Assembly: GCA_026025795.1 (NCBI GenBank)
Contig: JAPEUG010000061.1
Coordinates: 1-62,602, forward strand
Length of the DNA stretch: 62,602 nucleotides
Source of the DNA: Thelocarpon superellum
Lineage: Eukaryota
Reading direction: 5' to 3'
The translations under genes and the position numbers were made by a program. This document shows, in pieces, positions 36,031 through 46,823 of this stretch. Below the pieces are notes generated by a model. The model was not told the DNA's origin, ran no database searches, and saw nothing but the letters and a program-made list of their open reading frames with translations. The stretch's first letter is position 1. Each line of letters starts with the position of its first letter.

Positions 36031-38457
36031 ATGTCTGGTGAACCAGTCTCGGTGACCTGGACGGCGCAGCTCTCGCTTTCCGCGTCTACGCCACCCGACC
36101 ACACGCTGCCGGGTGACAAGATTCTCTTACCTGCATCCGCTCTCGAGCAACTTCTTTCTGCAGCGACGCTCGTTGCCACGGAGCAGGAGGTGGCGGGGAG
36201 TTCGACGTCGACCTTTGATCCTTTCAATCCATACTCCTATGCCGCCGAACAGCACGTCCGCGCCCAATCTCGGGTCCGTCAACCACAGCTGCCCCATCCT
36301 CTGACCTTTCGCCTTGTCAATCCACACAATGGACATGTCGTCTATGCTGGTGTCCGAGAGTTCTCGGCGCACGATGGAGAAGTCGTACTGAGCAGCTTTC
36401 TCCAACAAGCCTTAGGGTTTGCGGACCCCGTGGCAGAGCACGATTCGGGGAATCGCCCTGGCTCGGCTGCACCGGTTGTGGACGAGACGTCGGTGGATCG
36501 ACCCAAGGTCACGGTGCATGCACGGCAGCTTCCCAAGGGAACCTACGTCCGATTACGGCCGCTCGAAGCCGGCTACGACATCGCCGACTGGAAGTCATTG
36601 CTGGAGCAGCACCTTCGGGCCAATTTCACCACCTTAACCAACGGCGAGATCCTGACGGTACCGGGAGGGCGTGGCTCCGACCGCCACCGTGAACTTTTTC
36701 GCCTGCTAATCGACAAGGTGGAGCCCGAGGGCGAGGGCGTCTGCGTGGTCGACACGGACGTGGAAGTGGACATTGAGGCGCTCAACGAAGAACAGGCGCG
36801 AGAAACACTTAAGCGGCAGCTGGAAAAGTCGCAGCGGGCAAACGAAGGAGGTCAGAGCGGGGGAGCGTTGACTCTGGATGAAGGACAGCGGGGCCAAGTG
36901 ATGCCCGGGGAGTGTGTAGACTATCAAATCACGACGTGGGACCGACAAATGGGGATCGAGATTGAACTGGGCGACGTCGTCGATGACGAAGTCGACCTCT
37001 TTGTCAGTCCCTTGTCTGCCCGACAACGAGCGACCCCACGAGACGATGAACATGTCTTTGGAGATATGTCAAGTCAATATCCAAAACGGATCCGACTGCA
37101 GCCGACAAACGTGGAGCTTGAGGGTGCCGAGGCGATCTGGGTGTCAGTGTACGGCTATCAAGCTCCAGAGCACGAGGCAGACTCGTCATCCTCCAAGCCA
37201 CGCGGATTCCACATCCGCGCCACATCTCTAGACCCTGCATCAGCCGCGGAAGCCATGGACACAGCTGAAGACGTGCACCCGTCGGACGAGAGCCAATGCA
37301 AAAACTGCCAGCAGTGGGTGCCGTCACGGACGATGATGCTCCACGAGACCTTCTGCTTTCGAAACAACGTCCTCTGTCCACAGTGCTTCAACGTCTTTCA
37401 AAAGAGCTCTCCGGAATGGCAGCAGCACTGGCACTGTCCCCTTGACTCCGCCTACGGCAACAGCAGCAGCAGCCACAGCAAGCACGACCTGGTCACGCAC
37501 ACTCCGCACGAATGCCCCGGATGCTCATTTCAGGTCCCCGACCTCCCTACGCTTGCCACGCACCGCACGACGCTCTGTCCAGCGAAGTTGATCCTCTGCC
37601 GCTTCTGCCACTTGATCGTGCCGCAGGAGGGCGACCCAGCCCACCCCGACCCGGCCGCCATCCTCTCGGGCTTGACGCCGCACGAGCTGGCCGACGGCGC
37701 CCGCACGACCGATTGTCACCTCTGCAACCGACACATCCGGCTCCGCGAGATGGACGCGCACCTCCGACACCACGCGCTCGAGCGGCGAGCCCGTCCGACA
37801 CCCGCCATCTGCCACAACGTCAACTGCGGCCGGACCATCGCAGGTCCGTCACCCAAGCCGGGGCCCCCATCCACGATGACCACAGCAAGTAACGACCTCG
37901 GCCTGTGCGGGATCTGCTTCGGTCCGCTGTACGTCTCCATGTACGATCCCGAAGGCAAAGCGCTCCGACGGCGCGTCGAACGCCGCTACCTGACCCAGCT
38001 GCGCTCGGGATGCGGCAAGGCATGGTGCCAGAACGAATACTGTCGCACGGGACGCGCCAACCGCGCGACTCCTGGCTCCAGCGCGGAGGGAGAGGAAATG
38101 GACGTCAAGACCGCTCTGGCGCTTATCAAACCTATCATGAGTCCAGCTGGAACGTCGTCACCTACCACTACCACCACGACCGCGTCTACTCCCACGACCA
38201 CCATGCCGCATTCCCTCCATTTCTGCGTCGACGAAGCAAGTCAGCATCGTCGTATCCTGGCCGAGATGATCTCAGACGAGGCCGGAGAACAAGCAGGAGA
38301 ACAAGGAGGAAGAAATGGAAAGGGAGAGGGACTGGGAAGGGGAAGGGGAAAATACAGTCTGGAATGGAGCATAGCAGCACTCGAAGCCAGCGCTGTCAGC
38401 GGCGATCTACAGCGCGCGAGGGATTGGTTGGGTAACTGGGCGCCTGAGCGGGACTGA
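36031..38457 (+). CDS. Ufd1-domain protein with TRAF-type zinc fingers and C-terminal Cys-rich/UBA-like region
   Basis: GDKILLPASALEQL, PLTFRL, YAGVREFSA, LPKGTYVRLRP, NFTTLT, VVDTDVEVDI, followed by several CxxC…H…C fingers. Confidence 0.85.
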   Translation: MSGEPVSVTWTAQLSLSASTPPDHTLPGDKILLPASALEQLLSAATLVATEQEVAGSSTSTFDPFNPYSYAAEQHVRAQSRVRQPQLPHPLTFRLVNPHNGHVVYAGVREFSAHDGEVVLSSFLQQALGFADPVAEHDSGNRPGSAAPVVDETSVDRPKVTVHARQLPKGTYVRLRPLEAGYDIADWKSLLEQHLRANFTTLTNGEILTVPGGRGSDRHRELFRLLIDKVEPEGEGVCVVDTDVEVDIEALNEEQARETLKRQLEKSQRANEGGQSGGALTLDEGQRGQVMPGECVDYQITTWDRQMGIEIELGDVVDDEVDLFVSPLSARQRATPRDDEHVFGDMSSQYPKRIRLQPTNVELEGAEAIWVSVYGYQAPEHEADSSSSKPRGFHIRATSLDPASAAEAMDTAEDVHPSDESQCKNCQQWVPSRTMMLHETFCFRNNVLCPQCFNVFQKSSPEWQQHWHCPLDSAYGNSSSSHSKHDLVTHTPHECPGCSFQVPDLPTLATHRTTLCPAKLILCRFCHLIVPQEGDPAHPDPAAILSGLTPHELADGARTTDCHLCNRHIRLREMDAHLRHHALERRARPTPAICHNVNCGRTIAGPSPKPGPPSTMTTASNDLGLCGICFGPLYVSMYDPEGKALRRRVERRYLTQLRSGCGKAWCQNEYCRTGRANRATPGSSAEGEEMDVKTALALIKPIMSPAGTSSPTTTTTTASTPTTTMPHSLHFCVDEASQHRRILAEMISDEAGEQAGEQGGRNGKGEGLGRGRGKYSLEWSIAALEASAVSGDLQRARDWLGNWAPERD

Positions 38458-38597
38458 TCTGTTTCGTACCTCTGCACGACACTATACTAGAATAGACAAT
38501 GCACTCCCTTTCTCTATGTACAATTCCCATGGAAGACATGCTTCCAGATCGACGCGAACAATCATGACGAGGACGCAGGAATGCTCCTTTCTCGTCC

Positions 38598-39864
38598 CTA
38601 GTCCCGCCCCGTGACAGGCAGCCCCCTAGCTTTCAACTCGCGCTCGATGATTTTCCACCGCCCGACCATCTTCTCCTGATCGACGGGCGTGATGCGGCGC
38701 TTGAAGAGCGAGACGTTGGGCAGCGCGGCCAAGCGCTCGTCGATCGAGAGCCGGTCTGCTATTTTCTTGGGCGGCGGGGGCGTGACGAGTGCTGTTAGGA
38801 GCGAGGAGACGTGCGACATTGCTCCGATTTGAGGGTCGGGGATGCGGTGCCCGCTCAGTTGGACCGTTCGCTTTAACAGCTGTCTTTCTCGTCAGTAAGA
38901 AGGGCTAGAGAAGAGAAGGGAGGAGGGAGGCAGACGGCGAATTTGAGGGCTGGGTCGGCCAAAGAGATGGAATGCCATCCCGTGCCCCATGTTGTGATCC
39001 GTCGGTCGAGTTCTTCGTGGCTAAGCCGGTCGGCGGCGCTGATCGACGTCTCCTCTACTTGCTCCTCGGACGGTTGGGTTTGTTCTTCGGCCTCGGCTTC
39101 TCCGTCACTGGCCTCAATTACAGCTTCCTCCATGGTAGGAGCAATGTCGGCTTGGGTGGCAGATTGGAGGATCCGCTCGCGAATCGCGTCGTCTGGAAAG
39201 GTGAGATCAACCGTTGCTCCGTCCGCGGAAACGTTGACCTGGACGTCTATCGTCGCGTCGTCTTCCAGTGACGCACTCGACAGCTCGGCCAGTGGTCGGC
39301 CTGCTTGGTGAAAGGTCCAGACTTCGATGACGGCACGGTGCAGCGCGGCTGTCAGGTCTCGGGGGCTTTGGAGTCGTTCTCGAGTCATGAATCTTGGTCT
39401 CGCGTGAGTCGGGACGTGATTTGGTATACGCAGGCTGCATACCGTTGGTAATCTTGCGCTGGATCCCAATCCTCTTCCCACCATTCGCCTGCTTCTCCCA
39501 CCTCTTCTAATTCCTCCCATGTCGTCGCGGGCTGGTATGCTTCACCGGTCGCAGTCGACGAGGGAGTCTCCGTGGGCGGTGGAGCAGCCTGCTCCTTCCC
39601 CCTGCGTTTGGCGGTTTGTTCCAGCAATCCTTCGCCGCCGTAGGGGTCAGCCTGACCCGGTGGCGTATCGGTCCCCCAGATTTGACGTCGAAGTCGCTCG
39701 GTGAAGGGGACGGATGCTTGCGGGATGGCAGACGTTGCAAAGGTCGATGGGACCGGTCTGGTCAACACTTGCGCTCGACATGCTGGACATATCGCTCGGG
39801 ATCGCACTTTTAGCCGTATCACGTCGACACAGAGCGGTGACGGCGTTCTTGGCATCCGTCGCAT
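38598..39864 (-). CDS. mitochondrial large ribosomal subunit protein mL50 (3 exons)
   Basis: Arg-rich presequence, YQPATTWEELEEVG, LADPALKFA|LLKRTVQLSGHRIPD, DQEKMVGRWKIIERELKARGLP. Introns at 39442-39393 and 38935-38880. Confidence 0.8.
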
Positions 39865-40329
39865 GGTGGGCAGCTGATGAGGGTGGACGTAAAGCAGAGT
39901 TCCTCGTCTGACTTGCTTGACGAATGTGTTCGGGTGGGTTCACGCGGACTTGCAGCTAGGAGCTTCGCGGATGCCACCGAGCCGAGTAACTTGAGCCGAG
40001 CAACAGGACGTGGAGTCTCAGTATCGACGAAGCTCCCAGGCGCCCGGGAGCACGGGAGATTCCCTGGGTATATGAGGGGTGCTCCCGCATGAGAAATGAG
40101 TAACGAGCGTAGAATACCAAAAGATGACCTCGGGGACAGCGGAGGCGTATACCAGATAATTATTGCGGTTGGACGAGACCGCCCACCATCCAGTCCGAAT
40201 GCATCATTCCTCCCATGACGTCGCTTGGATATGCAGCTTGGTTCAACCGGTGCCAGCAAACGAGACGTCAGCTTCCCAATGTCAATAGAACAACGCCATC
40301 AACTCTTCTCCCACTCATAGTCCAAGATC

Positions 40330-42628
40330 ATGCGGACGGCCGTCCTATTGGGCCGCTCATGTCTTCGGAACAGTGATTCACGCATCCGCCTCGGTCTGGC
40401 GCCATGTCGGCAACACCTCCGGCGGGCCACGACTCGTGGCTTCTCAGGTGCCCCCGGCCCCCGACCTCATCCCCAGCCCCGATCACATCCTCGTTTTGGG
40501 CGTCCGGGGGTGGGGGTGGTGCTTCTGGGGGCGCTGAGTCCCGCAGCCTTCGTCCGGTTGAGCCAGGAAGACAATGGTGATGGCGATACGGGCGAGGAAC
40601 GGATGCTGGACGCGTCGCGGGCTGAGATTGCCAAGGTCTTGTCGGACGATATCCATGGCTTGACCAGATTCGGTCACGCCATATACCTCTTTGTGGATCT
40701 CTACATCGTCGAGCCCATCGCCACCGGCCTGCGTTTCCTTCATCTCGCCGTCATCTTCGTCCCGGTCATCCTCACTGTACCTGTCATGTGGTTTGGCCGG
40801 CGAAGCAAGGACCAGGATAATGAACGCGTCGGAACGCTCTGGTGGTATGGGTTCCTGGTCAACGCCATGGAGCGGGCCGGTCCGGCCTTCATCAAGGTAG
40901 GCCCGTGGTGCTATTCCATCAGTCTCCCTCGCTGACACGTCATCGTGGCAGCTGGGTCAATGGGCCGCCTCCAGAACCGACATCTTCCCCAATGAGATGT
41001 GCGCCGTCATGTCCGAACTTCACTCCAATGCCCCGGCGCACTCGTTGGCGGCGACCAAACGAACGATCATCAGAGCCTTTGATGGCCGGCCCTTTGATCA
41101 AATCTTCGAGGAATTTGACGAGAAGCCTGTCGGCGTTGGCGCCATCGCCCAGGTCTACAAGGCCAAGCTGAAGCCAGACCTGGCCGTCCCAGGGGACTCT
41201 GACCTGGAAAGTCCGCGAAACTTCCGGGAAAACATCAAGAGGAACGTGGATCCGCTGGTGAAGCGCACGCCGCAACGGGTGCCGTCATCCTACGTGGCCA
41301 TCAAGGTCCTCCATCCGAACGTGGAGCGACTGGTGCGACGAGATCTCAAGATCATGGGTTTCTTCGCCGCCATGATCAACGCCATTCCCACCATGGAGTG
41401 GTTCTCCTTTCCCGACGAGGTCAAGGAGTTTGGCGAGATGATGCGGCTGCAGCTGGATCTCCGGATTGAATCGGCCAACCTCACCATCTTCCGCCAGAAC
41501 TTCAAGAGTCGGACGACGGCCTGGTTTCCTTACCCATATACCATGTACACCACCCGCCAGGTCCTGGTAGAGGAGTATGCCCAAGGGATTCCCCTTGCCG
41601 CCTTCCTTGAAGATGGTGGAGGTGTCTTTCAGCAAGAAATTGCCGACGAAGGACTCGATGCTTTTCTGGTGAGTGATGAGGTGACGGAGACTCGAATGAC
41701 GGGATGCTGATCTCTCCAGCATATGCTGCTCATCGACAATTTCGTGCACGCCGACCTCCATCCAGGCAACATCATGGTTCGCTTCTACGCGCCTCAACGC
41801 TCGCCGTCCTTCACCCGCGCTGCAGCCAACCCTGATGGCGCCAAGGATGTGACCGAAGAGGTTCTCTCCAGACTGCGGCCACATCGACACAAACCCCAGG
41901 AGTGGATGGCGCAGCTAGCGCAGATTGACAAGGAAGGCTACCGACCACAGCTGATTTTCATCGACACGGGGCTAGTGACGGAATTGAACCAGACCAACCG
42001 CACCAACTTCCTCGACCTGTTCCGCGCCATCGCCGACTTTGATGGGTACCGTGCTGGCCATTTGATGGTGGAGCGGTGCCGGCAACCCGACGCGGTCATC
42101 GATCCCGAAGTCTTTGCCTTGAAGATGCAACATCTCGTGCTCAGCGTCAAGAGCCGCACCTTTGCCCTGGGCAACATCAAGATTGGCGACATTCTGCACG
42201 AGGTGCTCTCGATGGTGCGAACGCATCACGTCCGCATGGAGGGCGATTTTGTCAATGTCGTCATTAGCATCTTATTGTTGGAGGGGATCGGTCGTAGTCT
42301 CGATCCTCATCTGGATCTGTTCAAGAGGTATGCTCATCCCTCAAGCGTGCAAGAGTCGCTTGCCCTGATCTAACGGATGATCATAGCGCCCTTCCCATCC
42401 TCCGACAGCTTGGAACCCAAAACGGTGCATCGCTCGTGCGCAGTCTCAAAGAAGGAGACACCTCGATGTTGCGGGTCTGGGTTGGATTGGAAGCCCGACG
42501 ATACTTCCAAGCCTCAATTGAAGACGTGAGTTGCGCAAGAGCGTATCTTTACTTCCTGGATGCCATATTAATGAATCGGACAGGTTGAGAGGTGCGTCAA
42601 GTATGATTTATTATCGCCGAATATATAG
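40330..42628 (+). CDS. mitochondrial ABC1/UbiB atypical kinase (Cqd1/ADCK2-like), 5 exons
   Basis: AGPAFIK|LGQWAASRTDIF, VGVGAIAQVY, VAIKVLHP, DNFVHADLHPGNI, IFIDTGL; last exon VERCVKYDLLSPNI*. Confidence 0.9.
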
Positions 42629-42854
42629 AGGCCTGTTTATTTTACTCTGCTCTGGGTCAGGCGATGGATCGTGTGAATGGAGTGGAATAGAGACGAGTTC
42701 GGACGAAGCCGCATGGATTGCATGTACATATCAACGTGCCTGGTAGGAAAACAACGTGAGATCAACGGGAGACAACGAAATTAGCAACTCCACGAACAAC
42801 CGCAACATATCCCCATATCACCTAAGCTCCCCTAGATTTAGAGTCTGCAGTGAG

Positions 42855-44277
42855 ATGGGCGACCCGTTCATCTCCGAACGAATCCACATTCGGAGGGTAC
42901 GTTCCAGGTCCACCTATGCTGTCATGAATCAGTTCTCCATCATTTCCCTCGATCCATTCCTAGAAATAGTAGCAACATAGTCGCCGACTCCTGACTGACT
43001 CGGAGCGTCTAGCTACCGGGCCCCGCCAGCGAACCAACCAGCACGATCGTACTGAGCACCCGGCTTGGATATTTCATCGACGTGCGGATTCTGACTCCTT
43101 TCGGTCCCTCTATTTCTACCACTACCACTACTTCTCCTCCTCCTCTTGCTCTTCCTTCCACCACCTCTGCTTGCAACACGGGAGAAGAAAAGACGGACAT
43201 CTCTTTCGCAGCGCTCGACTGGGCGTTCTGCGGCTCGAGCCACGGAGAGAATTGGACCGTGCCGCAAGCGCGGAGATGGATTTCCGAACGATGGGGGACC
43301 GGGGACGTGGAAGGGGCAGACGCGGCGGCAGAAGTGGAGGCGGAGGCGGAGGCGGATGCAGACGCAGAGGGACAGACCGCGTGGTCGAAACCCAAATGGT
43401 GCGTGTGGAAACACTGGATTGATTCGCGGGACTTGTGCACGGATGGCGAGCACGACGGCGAGCACGATGGCGAGCACGATGGCGAGCACGATGGCGAGCA
43501 CGATGGCGAGCACGATGGCGAGCACGATGGCGAGCACGATGGCGAGATAAAAAGAGGAGGAGGAGGGGGTGCAGAGAAAGAGGAAGACGACGGAAAAGAC
43601 CAGGGTCTCTGCGTCACTCTCCCCACGAACGACGTGCTGGAGATGGGCTGGATGACGGTTTCTCGCGACGACATGGTGGGGGGCGTCGACGGGCACAAAC
43701 GAGAGGATACGAGAGCGGGGAAAGAGACAGTGAGGATGGAAGAGCTATGGCGCGATCAAGACGTCGTATCTACCAAGACGGTGCCGGGTGGCGAGGGGAA
43801 GAACGGGGCCAGGGACGCCATCGTGCTGATCTGTCATGTGGACCACGAAACAACGAGGGGGATGGTGATACGGGTAGGTGGACTCTACATTCGCTCTCGT
43901 CCCTTTCACGCTGTGAATGGACCGTCCGCTCACCTTTCCTGCGCCGTCGCCATACTGTACTCTACACAATCCTCCCTTCGCTGCTTTCTGGTCATACGCC
44001 GTGCTAATAGGGAGACGGAGGGAAGGTCGGACAATGGTGCCAGGGATTATTCACATCCTCTACCCTTACAGGCACGCGCGAAGTGACCGTGGAGCGATGG
44101 CGATGGGAGGGAGAGCGGGGATGGAAGCGAGTTGCTGGTCTCAGGACCACCCAGCACCAGACAGGGCATCCTCTTCGGCTACCCTGCCAGATGGCAATGA
44201 AAGGCGAGGTTCAGGAGGGCGAGGTCTGTGTCTTGGGCAGGGTGGAATGGAGGGTTCAGGAAGTGACGCATTGGTGA
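42855..44277 (+). CDS. HRI1: Hri1-family protein with internal (DGEH)n insertion, 3 exons
   Basis: ISERIHIRR|LPGPASEPTSTIVLS…FIDVRIL, LDWAFCG, WKHWIDS, GMVIR|VGQWCQG…VTVERW…LPC. Introns at 42897-43012 and 43874-44025. Confidence 0.75.
43442..43546 (+). repeat. coding 12-bp minisatellite (GATGGCGAGCAC)x8.75 encoding DGEH repeats
   Basis: Near-perfect tandem units with one synonymous T>C. Confidence 0.95.
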
Positions 44278-44394
44278 TCGCGTTTACTAGCAAGGATCGT
44301 AAAAGCATCTCACATGGCAACTCAGGGTGGAATTTGTTCATTGGTCATGAGCACGAGTGCGATGGTTCTCCATCTCCCCTTCTGGCAAACTTGA

Positions 44395-45648
44395 TCAAGC
44401 CCCGATAGCCTGCAACGATTTGACCGTGTCGACAATGCTTTCCGTCAGAGTGCGAAACTTAATGCCGAGGAGCTCGCGAGAACGGGTGTTGTCGAAACTG
44501 TATGGGCTGCCGCCTTCGGGGAAATCTCCGCCAGGCGTGTCGGCCGTGGGGAGCTTGGAAACCAAATTGGGAAAGTTCTTTCGGATGATATCCGCGATTT
44601 CTTTGTTGCTGAATAGTCCTGCCGTGGCCAAGAACCGCTTACCAGCTGCCTCAGGCACCTCCACGGCTCGGACATGGGCGAGGGCAGCATCCTGGTCATG
44701 TCAGTCCTGCCAATGTGGCTGGAGGGCGACGGAGCAGGCGGCTTACCCGGACGTCAACCCAGAGAAAGACTCCCGAGTCAGGAATCTCCTCTTTGTTCTT
44801 TCCTTGAATCAGGTTGCGGATCCGTTGGTTGGATGTGTTCAAGGAGTCCAAGGAACTGAGATGATGAACCACAGGCCCATAGACCATAGGCGGGTTGATG
44901 GTACTCAGGGAAAATTTGGGCTTCTCCGTCTCCACAAATTCCCAGGCGGCCTTCTCGGCCAGCTTTTTGCTAGCTACGTTCTGTCAGCCTCTCGTCAAGA
45001 ACGCCGTGAGCATGTCAGCCTACCCGTGTAGCCTGATGCCGGATTCTGCAACGCTTCTTCCTTGGTGATGGGGTTCCAGTCTTTCTCCGAGTACTTGTAG
45101 CCCGGAGTGGTGATGGCCTGAGACTTGACCGCGGCAAAAGACGACGTGATGACGATCCGCTTGACCGAGGGAGCGTGAGCCTTGACGGCCTTCAATATGC
45201 CCGTGGTGCCGACAATGGCGGGGTCCAGCAGGTCCCGCTGGACGTCGGCCACGCCTATCTGGAAGGGTGATGCGGTGTGGATGACGGCCTCAAAAGGAGG
45301 ATCCGATTGGACGGCCTTGTCAAAGGCGCCATTTTTCGAGATGTCTTCGACGATGGCAAAGTCTAGCTTGGACGTGGGCACGCCGGGATGTGCATCTTGG
45401 ATCTGCTTCGCTTTCTGCTGCGAGCGGACTGTGGTCACGACGGAGTGTCTGAGACTGGTCAGTAAGTGTGGTCAGGTTTGGCTTGGTCCCTTCGCCACAC
45501 ACCCATGCTCGAGCAAGGTATCGAGAACGTGGGCGGCAATGAAGCCGCTCCCACCTAGAGACATCATGTCAGCACTACCACGCGCTTGACACCAGCACTC
45601 CACGTGCTCGGCAGGGGCTCACACACCCGTCAACAGCACCCGGACCAT
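44395..45648 (-). CDS. NAD(P)-dependent epimerase/ketoreductase (Gre2-like), multi-exon
   Basis: MVRVLLT|GGSGFIAAHV, VIHTASPF, ITSSFAAV, GYT|ASKKLAEKAAW, INPPMVYGP, WVDVR|D. Confidence 0.9.
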
Positions 45649-45898
45649 GATGGAGGAGGGTAATTTGGTCGGTGGAGATAGAAATAGAGGTGTTATTTAG
45701 CAATTCGAGGGTCGGTCGAATCGGAGAGGAACACAGGTGGATGAGGGGCAGCTGCACTTTAACCCAACATCGATGACCCGCTGCCCCACTCACCCAGCAG
45801 GTGCCAGTGCGTAGGTTCGCATCACTAATCACTGCGTCCCCACTTAACACCGACACCAAGCCGGATGCAACGGACCAGCGTGGCGGCTCCAGTGATTG

Positions 45899-46570
45899 GA
45901 CGGTGCGGACAGCATCCGTCGATGAAACTCAAGATCAATGGCGTCATCTAAAGACCTTGCTTTTTGCCCCGTCTTCATTCGCTGCCGTCGATGTAGGGTA
46001 GAGCTCTTTACCTACCCAGAACTCCACCGCAAGGAATACATGCTACCGGCTCTACGTGAAAGGATGTATTTGACGACCAGTAGCTTTCGAGTCCTTCCGT
46101 GGAACAAGACGATTGTCTCTGGGGTACGGGCACGCTAATAAATTGCGGCGTGGCCTCGCCAACGACCGTTTTGCCTCTCATGCTCCAATGAAGCCGGTGC
46201 TGTCTCGCCGGTTGTCAGGTCTTTTAGCGGATAAATTCGTTCCTCGAGAATACTAGACTTCCAGGCTCTCTAACACTACGGTTAAGGTCAGTGGCTGTAG
46301 TACGAGGGTTTTCGGCCTCGTAGCTCTGGGAACGAGGGCGAGTACAAGTATGTTAGTCTCGACTTTCGTAGTACGAGCTCAATTACTTCGTACGTTGAGC
46401 AATGTGCCGGAGGCGAGCCCGCCTGATCCTTTCTGTTCCTTGCATCCCTGCCCCAGGTTGCTGTAGGTCGCTTAAGGTTGGGCGATCTGCGTTCGTTGGC
46501 CGACCTGAGTTGGAAGCTCGTGAACGTGACCAGCGAACTAACGCGCGGAGACGGACTGGAGCTTGGTGCG
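45899..46570 (+). ncRNA. candidate structured non-coding RNA of unassigned family
   Basis: More than ten mutually compatible helices found by eye, with G-U pairs that form only on the + strand. No credible ORF. Boundaries approximate. Confidence 0.45.
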
Positions 46571-46753
46571 ATTTGGTGATGAGAGATGTCCGGGGAGACT
46601 TCTTTGACTTCTTAGTCGGCGGCTTCCATCTCCAGCGACTCCATCTTTCCCCACATCTCCTCCGCACCATCTCTCCGCCACACTGCTTCTCCACCACTCC
46701 ATTTCTACACTCCTCCATCTCTCCACCTCCACACCATCCGCACGCCACCGACC

Positions 46754-46795
46754 ATGCGCCCGAGGCATGATCCCATCATGATCGGCAGGACCTGA
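46754..46795 (+). promoter_or_regulatory. putative uORF (MRPRHDPIMIGRT*) in the TOR 5' leader
   Basis: ACCATGC context; TGA ends 28 nt before the TOR ATG; lies downstream of a CT-rich tract typical of transcription starts. Confidence 0.4.
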
Positions 46796-46823
46796 CGTCG
46801 CTTCCCATCACCGGCTGCCTCCG

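Noticed and set aside
43009..44007. ORFs with SPSC, VLAI, WRAR or MAST repeats
   Set aside because: Alternative frames of the 12-bp repeat; only the DGEH frame is continuous with Hri1 motifs.
45759..45770. TTAACCCAAC as a telomerase template
   Set aside because: Not TAACCCTAA, and it lies only about 110 nt from the ketoreductase ATG in that gene's leader/promoter.
46265..46365. tRNA-like (GGTTAAGG…CTGTA), twister-like (TAACACT…) or group I P7-like (AGACT/AGTCT) readings
   Set aside because: No T-loop GTTCRA or acceptor stem, the twister core order is missing, and there is no room for a P4-P6 domain.
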